This document shows positions 13,001 through 20,538 of a stretch of DNA of 64,000 bases, in pieces. Position 1 is the first letter of the stretch. Each line of letters starts with the position of its first letter. The stretch covers positions 62,001 to 126,000 of the IMG/VR virus record IMGVR_UViG_3300032242_002454; one strand, written 5' to 3'. A program made the translations under genes and the position numbers. The notes beneath the pieces are model-generated. The model saw nothing but the letters and a program-made list of their open reading frames with translations. It had not been told where the DNA came from and searched no databases.

Positions 13001-13090
13001 AGTAGTGATAACACTCTCTGGGTCAGTTGCTTGTGTAATAACCAAATACTTTAATGGTTGTATATCTTCTTCTATTCTAACTATGCTCAT
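1019..13090 (-). CDS. Giant (4023 aa) modular tail fibre/adhesin-like structural protein
   Basis: Short collagen motif; PIxxGGTNN repeats; WHPGNDGSGSGLDADLLDG fibre motif; S(I/L)A(A/I/L)G head-like repeats; cadherin-like repeat (FSIQNDKLVSAQSFDYETKSSYKIRVRSTD); Ig-like repeats (GSLPSGLNY...FTFTVYDA). Lies in the structural block. Confidence 0.75.
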   Translation of the reverse strand: MSIVRIEEDIQPLKYLVITQATDPESVITTNVVISDTRLSRVNLISIEKGAQGDTGLTGPQGPPGKDGIVFDKLPINSGGTNNTTFNSGNIIYFDGSKLSSSPYSVDSLLNAINSSAAITGVINGSGLYKSATGNTVTLGANIGDGLSINGTNQIVVDDTIVRKVELSLGNIDGIVPIAKGGTNNQVFTSNKLLYYDGSKISSFPLNTGSIVLSGTKIDIIAGSGLTGGGLVNLPSGSVVLNIGSSNDILVENTSISLSTTGTPGTYSKITTDSKGRVISGSSLSSSDILSILGYTPWHPGNDGSGSGLDADLLDGLHASAFFDLGNQTGTLNPNSLPIQTTAGTFTKVTVNNKGIVVNGIDNNYFDIVNALGYRPVSTTGDTINGSLQVNGNINLNADELLIKDNLPTIGTNSSIILPSEPRGFSFLYGGATLRTGILAYYPSNKELRLITDITSDTGNINGGSSSNAFRDDIDGGNADSVYLMGNITGDTSVVLLRSVGDSSYVSRINDQIVSGIKTFAKRITVNEYISILPSFGQTAPPLYVGSNTGLVYNFNSDLLDGNHGIYYTDASNMTGLFSYNKVEFDNLDGTADYIPRFDSRTADPSRTISNSIIRQKADTTAIIIDNDANLYVGNSNSGSFLSNNSIAAGSNNKIYQDSSLAIGSNNIVSGDNSIALNYGSKTLKDKSIAAGNYGYTWASNQFSFGAFSETDSNNTIAQGQYSTIALGLPGSQTNGNWVAMTPNISIPKNKTIAYNIEVLLNKAAGTGAALFVFNSGLVKNMTYRDPNDITILRNTTRVLRSPNKQEIYNDSQYRRHYYHYLLDLDETNTIQNLDVSRTPLPTNTLAPQNTEVLYKYTPEYLTLGGAYEKTNDGKVIVTLNKPYSDGWFYQNSSDTKIFVKSYNHGLVSGCLVDLNMVSGYIYRPLSKKYKAIDIIDKHNFTVSEHSWNGYMVNNSLFVLDPNKIQETEELNSIKISGNIYTNGNTLTNPFTSPIGSLASGMFISFGPDQDKYPASLIQTGIITSVTNDTITFSPSFTGTYLGSSIYNIGFCKLDKYSRYVFDTTKTFQFNLGTYGYQNISNISGVIDTTYCGVPTIGIFVSGLTSNFSGTPVIATPASTNSGTLTLIPKRNYQARYNRSASTFNVYEGIYTQYQASNGTSRITVFNKELGPIDLPSAPFTYSLVCGEGSNDNSSFSIQNDKLVSAQSFDYETKSSYKIRVRSTDRSDRITEKPLIITIGDITGAAIQDDNDHLNSSNYSFNLTNILLSNNTIAENLPIGTTIGTLSTIGGYSPYLEFSTASNSFNGVLVSGSNVISECGSYSQAYPTTTLYGDPYALVTGLAISTSHTGLPYATISGVVAPVSISGFTQYSGYIISGCSPSPIGSMFSGMKLYSSLSGWNPESRVVSLTSNSITLNLPFTGTQTIPVGISVNTLGRSFVLNNTFVGSGIVSAMVTYSGAKPHNDNYYPSGLQIFSSTVTSGRCPTTVSQYHTYGFSTETNEYTASPGYYLTGIVYFYTNVGKSEISLSLPENPYLENNEHSTFLNFINSSYGSVPLDDTYTNISGLNNNNFLVHNTHLYPEIALDSTGVVLVNLDRNHGFKILDSSNINQIPIQFSNPILSNTNRAPKNNLFDIIDITGNKIIVKDSQNYLLSEINSPKYFEQPIRAEYRTNGFNFNGTVFHNSNRIFNIDKNNITSFLKRNSIISNGSPYYIDYKLPISIDRIDDGFILDVTATPGSKILRYCGSSLWNIQLFSGVNLYSNNSLVNGVTIANHTVNTHTLESIALDQNTIESPALTYTFATSSTPGTGIDYTKNYIVRGCSAGSIGLSGYCYFYTVSGIGGYPQTYTFAPAYVGGPSRSASETLSISPSQATIKLINGTSSNTTILFNTSSILHANLINPADAQASGSPFPYALSTDHTRPYSLAMKIPITLNSSTYPRDILEIRATSGCITHIVPSLNSSNEIVYTTERYPVYCYFDLYNIATTGITPDNSLILDSTIPNYGENATKTYAITTSGLPKIFTKDIACLNSYYGLKHSNNYFYNGDTIYIDNLSTPRSYLNIGDQLTILQYNNNPAFGSGVSKSIRVTHSNSRNTAFSGININGNDSIILDNLSFPKKYGFTNPLGLTLTDTLPTTGTLSFIGSVSGYCNIPFSNNIYYHTYGGSTASWPMDPSGEVVPNPVTGIYSIGVNSTNCMSGTLCIKITPFSNAVFNNIPDAIDRNDLGSIPNFIETNNVSGYIKPLGINKKLYFDFSDDCSEINGSYYVVDKIDSNTFTINIPYNENYFSRSGLVYLIDSDFNIKSNRSPNRDNSFVTSSAQVSIANNLVDSYINSYNNGSKRWKHLVHFNKNINTFGGYNVTFNGINQSQLISLPPDTIKIFQIEYSLDNGSSYSTIGENETLTLPSNKLTIYLRFTLSDGAGKWSNDLTLTAPRINIYGVGTYNIDSANMTYNTTTKKWSIVAIIENINQIVDHKDITLTATDETGSVSTHIFLTSKVIPEIKFPIPVYAYQNSSEWVLPYDIKKLPSTPITITASGYPGSSSYLYNETLDNSENVKILAGPAGSVTGVFHPTITIRDFATSEVLSSQSGIITVLPLTASVPYSIQPQNLDDDIYLNITTGNSQSFVFYVPSDTNTGDTNLVVTFAQNSHYTITPVIEYSTSSKRYRVKATVNGTAGYYGSQNITINISQPTYGSDGSTTWTRYSYNKAVNFTLYTNLQINKTQLIEPLTFDIEEPWAIQFKVDNGIGAFRPDKPPRVRLSNLPTIGSYDTQPLEYLFISSYDDIEKKWNFIAFAKKDSFGRYRKTTGEYLVKIYAEDDYSTNYETVRLLFTRSPYLDNIKNIIYSTPNNPYLSLIDVKEPTSETSAPSVSIPGELKESTINLTKWYNKYDSNLKLWEYAYSGSPITDKWDVDLSISNLNTSLGDSTTSSISLNCKGISTDKLYGIAKLNLIELDSNTISSLSSAMEPLQIINVVDPYYRATEGSAWSITFSTSGGLSNPNYPPTIRFSGLPSPCTGYDPKFATELQNSCFSSKKWDNFNKKWDFGFVGIPLCNISGLKSFSITAIDTDTTQNIYLDSDIAYASILYSTLDSIGATHPAPEIVEAPLQQAQNPIQLYPKCGDVAIDRYYNFGIKNRGACPIPTGITGWIVSGSLPSGLNYSISFPGGSPSAPWNNLSSGTLRVYGVPQTFASGGLYSEKFTFTVYDARNKSDSKQLTFTDISTANPASPLNIIVYFENEKPAYTPKSNNIGGIEQPSGSKALDGGSISTYWPPSDPISLTCTSILPHSNCQTSTFSYSGGGNSRVYITNTRIDISSSSDVYFEFDNNPSNSLNKGYKVQTIGGSGYITIPGNILTTGTGRLVKSSQVSYGTSNLQPFNGTVDTNTANGIMGCGSFKPINFGNTVSTSYGLYGRIKPSFVANIPLSGVFNTNDSLFTGLVITSIPQYSADPSVFTVKTSNCWETGYIRLSGMQIPKPSIELPAPPPSFDVAPFAYNNQPYAVLSRCSYGNSAYERDLAANYRSISINYLISNAVSGIAIASGTVPSIAAGTTNGTPIQFNNILNSGTVFSIFLNNTPEKFPTYKYNAIPYLENEYFWVHKGGNRDDNPTQTSFPPIIMTGIRNNISCLSGVPISGYSIRAIGGYIPYSGGSQKVPFYQLPNNTVWRSYDYAPSFTGILQKKLNDKVLIGTYQHSGFLGGVNGQKINISLPAGFDSNNYVLLTFSGDLSFSTGIVLSNTYANTISLPFERQGLSVSGLVIASDKCVIQSVNNGTVTINHNNLTYSVGDYIDILDGSSASTENNSILPSNYKLSIVGGNSTTLTASFSGPSNYPFMSGLFVSGFYDLRKNYYDQIQIRNIAYSNKEGEWRFSLSGTPIGLYKDYIYKMISLENPNLPAFSGTSLTPKKYTVEYPLFINKPIQIILPNPNISKNNGAWSLSFEIEGGLRPVYSNTPEILINGNMCNFTRKLNIQDMTDNYNSSTDRLSITLSGINSIGYDWRNTSNFSLKVYDDTGFDTQTVNLTSP

Positions 13091-13527
13091 TGGTTACAGG
13101 TTCCACAATCATTCTGTGTGTTAGTATTACAATCAAATACGTCGTTGTCAGGAACATTTCTTGAAATCAATGACACATTACCCTGTAAAATACGAAATAC
13201 TTTTTTACCTCCACCAGTATACAAATCATTAGGCTCCTGTAGTTCAAAATCATATTTAGCAGAATTAAATGAGTAGTTGGCTGTTGCTGAGGCTGGTATT
13301 TTGAGTATCACCTTCCCCAACAGTGGATCCATTATAAACTCATAGTCTGTAGTACTGGTGTTGGTTATAAAAGTTCTTACTATAGGAGTTGCTTGATCTT
13401 CTATCCAGCGAATACGTGCACACCAATTAGTAATATTAATAGGAATATTAGCATCATCTCTATATTCAAAAGCTATAACAAATGCTGTGCCTTTTTCTAT
13501 AGTGAAATTGTAGTCTGCTGCTGGCAT
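13087..13527 (-). CDS. Small virion structural/fibre-attachment protein, paralogue of 26458-26865
   Basis: MPAADYNFTIEKGTAFVIAFEYRD aligns by eye with MAAGKYDFAIEQGTSFRISFIYKD; both contain ELQxPxxLYxxGG. Confidence 0.6.
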   Translation of the reverse strand: MPAADYNFTIEKGTAFVIAFEYRDDANIPINITNWCARIRWIEDQATPIVRTFITNTSTTDYEFIMDPLLGKVILKIPASATANYSFNSAKYDFELQEPNDLYTGGGKKVFRILQGNVSLISRNVPDNDVFDCNTNTQNDCGTCNQ

Positions 13528-13542
13528 AATAATCTACTCCCA

Positions 13543-14058
13543 TCATGAATAAAAATATCTTGAACGATAAGTGTTGCCCTGCAAGTATCTTGGGTTGAAC
13601 TTGTTGCCAACAAATGGACTAAGTACCGCAGTAACAGCACTAGCATCTCTTACATTCCAATTAAGAACTAGATCTTGATATAGCGCACATGGGCCGGTTT
13701 CTAATAGGAGCTTTAATCCTTCTAAACTACCTTGTACAGTTAAACTTGCTGGTCCAAGAGAAGCTCTGATACCTTCAGTTGCCGATTTGGTTCTGACTGT
13801 ACTTTGATCAATGATACAAGCACTTTTCAAAGCAACTAAACCGATAAATACATCATCGTGATAATCGAGAGGATCGGGAGTTAATGTACCATTAGATACA
13901 TCCACAGTATATTGGTTATCTAGAGTAACCTCAAATTGAACATATTTTGATGCAACAGTTATGACCTGAATCAATCTTTCATCACTATAAACTGGCTGAT
14001 CTGTAAGGTCATTAATTAATGTGCGTACAATAAGTGGTATTTCAATAGACCAGCTCAT
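13543..14058 (-). CDS. Putative head-tail connector/neck protein
   Basis: 171 aa in the structural block. Size and position suggest an adaptor; function is inferred. Confidence 0.45.
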   Translation of the reverse strand: MSWSIEIPLIVRTLINDLTDQPVYSDERLIQVITVASKYVQFEVTLDNQYTVDVSNGTLTPDPLDYHDDVFIGLVALKSACIIDQSTVRTKSATEGIRASLGPASLTVQGSLEGLKLLLETGPCALYQDLVLNWNVRDASAVTAVLSPFVGNKFNPRYLQGNTYRSRYFYS

Positions 14059-14155
14059 AATTTGATCCTTTTATGTGTATTAGGGCTATTCTTTAATACA
14101 CCTTATAGTAGAGACTGTGGTTTTTAAAATTAATTGGCTAATCAACTAGTAAACT

Positions 14156-14359
14156 TTATTGAAGCGATATTTCTGGTACTATATTAATTTTTTGACATTC
14201 AATAAGATATTCATCATAACTTGTTCCTTGCCAATAGATCGTCCATCCATCTCCAACAGTGGTTACTTGATCAACTCCTGTAACACCATCTCCGTAATTT
14301 GTTCCATTAGTGATAATCCAATAAGTGGGATTAGCTGGTTTGACAATCTCTTCACCCAT
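14156..14359 (-). CDS. Hypothetical protein (67 aa)
   Basis: AAGGA RBS and a GGTGTAT motif upstream. Confidence 0.6.
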   Translation of the reverse strand: MGEEIVKPANPTYWIITNGTNYGDGVTGVDQVTTVGDGWTIYWQGTSYDEYLIECQKINIVPEISLQ

Positions 14360-14442
14360 AAATTTTCCTTTATTATAGAGTCATACACCACACAGTGATT
14401 AATAGATCAGGTGTATTATATGATACGGACACAGGATACCAA

Positions 14443-15156
14443 ATGATGATTTCGTATTGTTCTCAGATTAAGAATAGGTTTTATCAATTTCAACAAACTT
14501 TTTATCATAATATAAATCATATCAAGAATAATCCAGATACTGAATGGATCATTGTGGATTGTGATTCAAAGGATGGATTATATGAGCATATGTTGAAGTT
14601 TGGAATCTATGATAGAGTTCATTACCATAGAACATTAAATTATCATAGCTATTCGATTCCAGTTGCTAAAAATTTAGCGGTGAGGTTGAGTGCTGGGGAT
14701 TATGTTTTTAATTTGGATATTGACAACTATATTGGAAATGCCACAAGTCAAATAAAAAGTCTTGGAACAAAAACAGGAGTATGTTGTGATATTTTCAAAC
14801 GCGGAGTTTATGGTAGAATAGGTTGTTCTAGAAAAGTTTTTAATATGGTGGGTGGTTATGATGAATCTTTTTTACCAGCTGGAAAACATGATATGGATTT
14901 TATGGCTAGATGTAAATTAATTAATTATTACTTTAAACATATCCCGTGCCTGATTAATCCTATTTTAAATTCTAAAAGAGAAACAACTCTTAATACTGGT
15001 AGTGATATGGATTGGGAAACTATGAATTCTCTGAATGGAGAAAAAATGAAATATAATCTAGAAAATAAAATTCATTATCCAAATACAAAATTTACAAGCT
15101 GCGATTTAGAGTACAATTTTACTAAAAAAATTACACTATCTGAGGAGATAATATAA
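14443..15156 (+). CDS. Glycosyltransferase family 2-like protein
   Basis: EWIIVDCDS, AKNLAVRLSAGDYVFNLDID (DxD) and GGYDESF motifs. ATG 14443 follows AGGA (track start 14395). Confidence 0.8.
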   Translation: MMISYCSQIKNRFYQFQQTFYHNINHIKNNPDTEWIIVDCDSKDGLYEHMLKFGIYDRVHYHRTLNYHSYSIPVAKNLAVRLSAGDYVFNLDIDNYIGNATSQIKSLGTKTGVCCDIFKRGVYGRIGCSRKVFNMVGGYDESFLPAGKHDMDFMARCKLINYYFKHIPCLINPILNSKRETTLNTGSDMDWETMNSLNGEKMKYNLENKIHYPNTKFTSCDLEYNFTKKITLSEEII

Positions 15157-16268
15157 TGCTATTAACATTAAATAAGAATCGAATGGACCAACTAACTCCT
15201 GACCAAATAGCATTTTATCAAGGACAATGTGGAGATCTTCTCAATGTCTCACTACCAAGTATCACACAAAATCCTGCTGAACTAAAACAAAAAACAGGAG
15301 CTAATAATTTTACAAGTTTAGCTCCATACTATCATCCAGACCCAAACTCTCCAACAGGGTTTCCTTATATTCGAATTGATGGAACTAGAAATCTAGAGTC
15401 TAGAAAAAGTTCTGATAGTCCATATTTAAATTCTTTATTATCTTTAGTTTCTTCAGCATCTACTTTATATTACTATACTAAATCTGAAGATTATGCAATC
15501 AAAGTTATGGAAGCTCTTCAAGTTTTCTTTCTTAATGAAAATACTAAAATGAATCCTAGTATGACGTATAGTGGATTAGTTATTGGAGATAATATGGATG
15601 ATTTGCGTATTAGAGGGGCAATTATTGATAGTAACATACTATCTATATTGCCAGATTTTATTGAACTACTTAAACCTAGTCTACATTGGACAACTGAGCT
15701 AGACAATGGAATGGTTTCATGGTTTGACTCATTAAGCGATTGGTTCAAAACTAATCCTAGAGGAGTCTTGCAAGCTAGCTATAGCCATAATATTAAAACC
15801 TCTTATATGAAACAATTATGTTCTTATCTTTGTGCTTGTGGAAAAGAAGCTGAAGCACGAACTTATTTAGAAAATAATTTAACAGCTTTACTAAGTGCTC
15901 AAATAGATATGGATGGTAAACAGATCTTAGAAATGAACAGAGTAAAAAATAGACATTATAGCAATTTTAATCTTACACTACTGGTTAATTTAGCTACTAT
16001 ATCTAAATCTTTAGGAATTGATGTATGGAACTATGAAGATAGTGAGGGCAAGGGCAGTATTAAGAAGGCTATGAAATATTTAGCCTATTATTATCTCCAT
16101 CCTACAGAATGGACTACTTCTGATGAAACTAATAATTCTGCTATGACAAGAGCATGGTTACAAGCTGGGGTAGAGTTATATGATGATCAGATATTGCAAG
16201 ATGCCTTCAAAGAAGTTAAGATTTATAATTTTACTAGTGTACCAGACTATATTTGTTTACCTAATTAG
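15156..16268 (+). CDS. Alginate lyase-family (alpha/alpha-toroid) polysaccharide lyase-like protein
   Basis: PYYHPDP...PYIRIDG, FFLNENTKMNP and QIDMDGKQILEMNRVKNRHYSNFNL match the alginate lyase family pattern. Confidence 0.75.
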   Translation: MLLTLNKNRMDQLTPDQIAFYQGQCGDLLNVSLPSITQNPAELKQKTGANNFTSLAPYYHPDPNSPTGFPYIRIDGTRNLESRKSSDSPYLNSLLSLVSSASTLYYYTKSEDYAIKVMEALQVFFLNENTKMNPSMTYSGLVIGDNMDDLRIRGAIIDSNILSILPDFIELLKPSLHWTTELDNGMVSWFDSLSDWFKTNPRGVLQASYSHNIKTSYMKQLCSYLCACGKEAEARTYLENNLTALLSAQIDMDGKQILEMNRVKNRHYSNFNLTLLVNLATISKSLGIDVWNYEDSEGKGSIKKAMKYLAYYYLHPTEWTTSDETNNSAMTRAWLQAGVELYDDQILQDAFKEVKIYNFTSVPDYICLPN

Positions 16269-18376
16269 GTAAAATACAGAACAATACCACCAGCAGCACC
16301 ATTTGTTGAAACACTTGTTGATCCAGTACCCTTAAATCCTGCATTTAAACTTGAGCCTGAAAGTGTTACGGCAGCAACTCTACCTTGGAAATCTAACACA
16401 CCACCAGCATTAAATGATCTATTAAAATCTCCGCCTGTACCAGTACTATCAGCAAATATTGCACCTCCAGTACCAGTAATAGTAACTCCTCCATAAGTTA
16501 ATGTTGTATTCCCACCAGCAGTAGCAGAAGCACCAGCATTATCTCCAGCAACACCAAATGCTCCTACCACATAAGTAATTGTAGCTCCACCAGTCACAGA
16601 ATAAGTTTTTACAGCTTCACCTCCATTGCCTCCATCGGATTGAGCGCCACAACCAGATGAATCCTTAGTACCACCACCACCACCACCAATAACCCAAGCT
16701 TTCATACTTGTGGCTCCAGTTGGTACTGTACGACTAGTTCCAGAAGTTATCACATAAGCTACTGGAGAGAATGAGGCTGCTACTGGAGTTACACTACTAC
16801 TATTAGCTGAATAACTACCAGTTCCTGCCGAATTAACAGCAGCAACTCTAAAGATATAAGATGTACTATTGGTTAGTCCTGTTACTGTTATAGAAGCTGT
16901 AGCTGAAGCTGAGTGACTGAATGTTGTCCAACTTGAGCCAGAATTGCTACTGTATTGTACTGTATAATCGCTTATTGCTGCTCCATTATTATAAGTTGGA
17001 GCTGTCCATGTTAAAGAAACTTGAGCATTGCCAGCGGTTCCAGCTACTGAAGTTGGAGCATCCGGAGCCGCAGTTGTTGTTCCTCCATCTGTTATAGTCC
17101 AACCATAAGTTACTAAAGCTGCCCTCGCCGTAGCAGCAGCACTGCTACTTCCATAATAAGTATTAGATCCAAAACTTGGCCTTAGATCAGTTCTATAATT
17201 AGCTTTGTTAGTATTTAAAGCTATATAGAAAGCATTTAGATTCGTTGTTCCAAAAGTAGAATTAGTTGCCAAAAAATTATCAAAACTTGCTGTGGCATTA
17301 AGTCCTCTAATATTCCAAGAACTAATATCTTGACTAAAAGCTGTGGCTCCTTGAAACATACCAGCCATATTTTGAACACCACTAACGCTCCAAGATCCTA
17401 TATTTTGATTAAAAGGAGTTTGGAAAAACATACCAGCCATATTTGTTACAGAGTTAATATTCCAATTAGTAATATTTCCATTAAAAAGCGCTGCTTGATA
17501 AAACATATTGTTCATATTAGTAACTTTACTAACATTCCAAGAATTGAGGTTTTGATTAAATTTAGTAGAAACATAAAACATTTGGCTCATATTTATAGCG
17601 CTACTAACATCCCATTGTCCTATGTCTTGATTAAATCCATTAGTATATACTTGATTAAACATATTACTAAAATTTGTTACTTTACTAACATCCCAAGAGC
17701 CTAGTGGTTGATTAAAACCAGATTGACCGAACATACTATTCATAGCTGTAACTTTTTTAGTATTCCAACTATTCAAAGGTCTATTAAAAATAGACGCTCC
17801 ACTAAAAGTTGAACTCATATCAGTAATATTACTAGTATCCCAATAACATACTGAACTATCATTAAAATTAGTGCAAGATTGGAACATGCTTGTCAATAGA
17901 GTAAATGTTCTTGGAATTTGATTAGGAACATTTTTAAGATTAGAACAACCATTAAATGTGCAAGCTGTTAATTTTGAAAGATTGCCAAAAGATAAACAAC
18001 TTACCAATTTACCTCTTCCTGTCATTGAAGTAAAAGAGATACTACTTAATGTTCCACCAATTTGAACAATATATCGCCCCTTGCTAGAATAGGTGTGGGT
18101 TTTTGTTCCGGTCGTTTTAAAAACTTCTCTAGTTCCATCTCCCCAATCTACAAAAACATCAACCGTAGAACCTAAAGAAAAACTAAAAATATAGTCTGAC
18201 TCTAATGATGTATCAATCAAAAAAACCAAATTGTCATAATTAATACCAACACCTCTATTCTGGGATTGTCCTTGGGGTACTAAAATACTACTAGCAATAT
18301 TAGTAGTAGATAATATACTAGAACTAACAGTAGAATTAGTTTGTAAAGATGTTATATTAAAAAGACCATTATTCAC
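16265..18376 (-). CDS. DUF285/BspA-like repeat, FN3 and Gly-rich domain fibre protein
   Basis: Repeated W(D/N)(V/T)SxVTNMxxMF units; PKD-like VDWGDG; FN3 (APDAPTSV...LTWTAP...YIFRVAAVN). Likely GTG start at 18376 overlapping the upstream stop (track start 18442). Confidence 0.8.
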   Translation of the reverse strand: MNNGLFNITSLQTNSTVSSSILSTTNIASSILVPQGQSQNRGVGINYDNLVFLIDTSLESDYIFSFSLGSTVDVFVDWGDGTREVFKTTGTKTHTYSSKGRYIVQIGGTLSSISFTSMTGRGKLVSCLSFGNLSKLTACTFNGCSNLKNVPNQIPRTFTLLTSMFQSCTNFNDSSVCYWDTSNITDMSSTFSGASIFNRPLNSWNTKKVTAMNSMFGQSGFNQPLGSWDVSKVTNFSNMFNQVYTNGFNQDIGQWDVSSAINMSQMFYVSTKFNQNLNSWNVSKVTNMNNMFYQAALFNGNITNWNINSVTNMAGMFFQTPFNQNIGSWSVSGVQNMAGMFQGATAFSQDISSWNIRGLNATASFDNFLATNSTFGTTNLNAFYIALNTNKANYRTDLRPSFGSNTYYGSSSAAATARAALVTYGWTITDGGTTTAAPDAPTSVAGTAGNAQVSLTWTAPTYNNGAAISDYTVQYSSNSGSSWTTFSHSASATASITVTGLTNSTSYIFRVAAVNSAGTGSYSANSSSVTPVAASFSPVAYVITSGTSRTVPTGATSMKAWVIGGGGGGTKDSSGCGAQSDGGNGGEAVKTYSVTGGATITYVVGAFGVAGDNAGASATAGGNTTLTYGGVTITGTGGAIFADSTGTGGDFNRSFNAGGVLDFQGRVAAVTLSGSSLNAGFKGTGSTSVSTNGAAGGIVLYFT

Positions 18377-18756
18377 AAATCTGCTCCGAGTGCTGTCACA
18401 TGAGTAGTTTGTGCAACACTGGTTGTGACTCTCACAGACCAAGAAGCACTAGGAAGAATTAAGTTTGTATATAATGTACTAACTCTAGACTGTTGGACTG
18501 TTGAGCTACCTGTAGCAGCAGCAACGGTGACTTCATCAAATAACCAGTATGTTGATCCATCATAAAGAAATATTCTAACAATAGCAGCAGCGGATGTTGC
18601 TGCATTTTTAACTACTATTTCATTGATTTTTGTTCCTGTTGAAGCTCCAGTTATTAAAGTGCCCACGTTTGTAGGTGCTGTATAACTAGAATCAGCAGTA
18701 GCAATTGAAACTGCTGCAACTCTTGGTGTAACTGCGAAAACTGGACTAGCTGCCAT
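18373..18756 (-). CDS. Small fibre-associated structural protein
   Basis: 127 aa, beta-rich, translationally coupled between fibre genes. Confidence 0.6.
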   Translation of the reverse strand: MAASPVFAVTPRVAAVSIATADSSYTAPTNVGTLITGASTGTKINEIVVKNAATSAAAIVRIFLYDGSTYWLFDEVTVAAATGSSTVQQSRVSTLYTNLILPSASWSVRVTTSVAQTTHVTALGADL

Positions 18757-18765
18757 GATAAACTC

Positions 18766-20457
18766 CTATCTGAAAGATGACCATAAGTAAAGATTTGCAC
18801 TATTAGTAACATTAGTAGGTATACTACTACTACCAGTAGCATTAAGAGTGTATGTTCCAGAAGTGGCGGATATGGTCACACCTGATCCTGCTACTATATT
18901 TAGTACTGGTAATAATCCACTAACACTACTATTAAAATCAGTTATATTAGATGAAGTATGAGTATGGCTAGCAGCAGCATAATCGGTACCAGCAATAGCA
19001 ATGCTTGGAGCTCCTGTGCTAGTTGTATTCTTAATAAGACCAGTACTAAGCCCTGCTAATAAAACACCATTAATTTTTGTTACTGTCGCATTTAATGAAC
19101 TAGAGCTTCCAGATGCTGTAACATCACCACTGATGCTAATTGTTTGATCGCCAGTGTTGGTTCCACTACTAGTCCCACTAAAAGTTCCATTTTGTGTTGC
19201 CAAAGTACCCAAACCTAAAGAAGTTCTCTGAGCAGCAGCATCGGCTCCAGTTAATAATGCTCTTCCAGCAGTTGTACTATCGCTAATTTGACTAGAGGTG
19301 TGGGTATGTCCTACAAGACTAACTCCTGTACTATTTACCTGTAAACTTTGAGTAAAATTACCGCTTGGAGAAGATATCGAACCAGTGAATGTTGCACCAG
19401 TCAGGGCTGCTCTGGTTGTATCTGTTGGGTGTATATGATCTGCCCTGGCGTACCTAGTAGAAGTTCCTATTGTGGCAGTTCCGTCTATCAAAGGAGTAGA
19501 TGATGAAGCTTGTCCCAAAACAAATGCTGTACTAGCAATTTGAGTAGTATTAGTGTCTACTGCTGCTGTTGGAGAAAGAGGAGTTCCTGTTAAAGTTGGG
19601 CTATTTAATAAAGCATAATTACTAACTAATCCGCTAACCGAAGAATTAAAATCGGTAATATTTGATGAAGTATGAGTATGAGAAAGAGCAGCTTTATTAT
19701 CAAGAGCTGTTTGAGTAGCACTACTTATTGGTTTACTAGTATCACTAGTATTATCTACATTCCCCAGACCGACCATACTTTTAGTAATACCATTGACAGT
19801 TCCAGTAAAAGTAGGACTAGCAAGTGGTGCATATACCCCATTAACTAATCCACTTACAGAAGTATTGAAATCTGTAATCTGTGAAGATGTATGAGTATGA
19901 GAGCTAGCAGCATAGCTTCCAGAAGCTTGTTTACCATCCAAAGCACTTTGTAACCCAGTAACATCTCCAATTATATGATTATGTCCACTAACACTAACAT
20001 TAACACTATTCACCTTTAAAGAACTAGAGAATGATCCACTTGGTGCAGTTAGTGTTGCTCCATCAAATGTTAGATTAGTTTGGGCGTTAATTCCTGTAGA
20101 AGTATTGTCTGATAATAATACTCTATTAGATCCATAATTTGATACTGATGTAGATGAGCCTCCAGTAGCAGTAGAATTGATAGTATATGTTCCACTAGTT
20201 GAACTTATGGTTACATTACTTCCGGCCACAATATTCTTTACCGGGAAAAGCCCACTTACTGAACTATTAAAATCACTAATATTTGAGACAGTATGATTAT
20301 GGTTGGATAGGCTATTCCAAGCAGTAACTCCATCTCCTATTTTAAGAATTAGATTAGTTAAGTCATAACCCGGTTCTCCGCTAGCCAATACTGGGTTAGC
20401 CGAATTCCACTGAGAGGCTGTGCCTTTACGCAAAATTATTAGATTATTTACAGCCAT
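18766..20457 (-). CDS. Tail fibre protein with Mtd_N-like N-terminal anchor
   Basis: ILRKGTASQWNSANPVLASGEPGYD...KIGDG; repeated HTHTSSxITDFNxSVSGL. Confidence 0.75.
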   Translation of the reverse strand: MAVNNLIILRKGTASQWNSANPVLASGEPGYDLTNLILKIGDGVTAWNSLSNHNHTVSNISDFNSSVSGLFPVKNIVAGSNVTISSTSGTYTINSTATGGSSTSVSNYGSNRVLLSDNTSTGINAQTNLTFDGATLTAPSGSFSSSLKVNSVNVSVSGHNHIIGDVTGLQSALDGKQASGSYAASSHTHTSSQITDFNTSVSGLVNGVYAPLASPTFTGTVNGITKSMVGLGNVDNTSDTSKPISSATQTALDNKAALSHTHTSSNITDFNSSVSGLVSNYALLNSPTLTGTPLSPTAAVDTNTTQIASTAFVLGQASSSTPLIDGTATIGTSTRYARADHIHPTDTTRAALTGATFTGSISSPSGNFTQSLQVNSTGVSLVGHTHTSSQISDSTTAGRALLTGADAAAQRTSLGLGTLATQNGTFSGTSSGTNTGDQTISISGDVTASGSSSSLNATVTKINGVLLAGLSTGLIKNTTSTGAPSIAIAGTDYAAASHTHTSSNITDFNSSVSGLLPVLNIVAGSGVTISATSGTYTLNATGSSSIPTNVTNSANLYLWSSFR

Positions 20458-20538
20458 CTTGAAATATAGTCCTATTATAGAGTAGTATATAGGTTATCTT
20501 AATTATTAATACACCCGCTAGCCAGATAAGTAATGGTC

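Noticed and set aside
2604-13276. Plus-strand track ORFs inside the giant gene (2604-2987 and others)
   Set aside because: Antisense shadows with no RBS or recognisable motifs.
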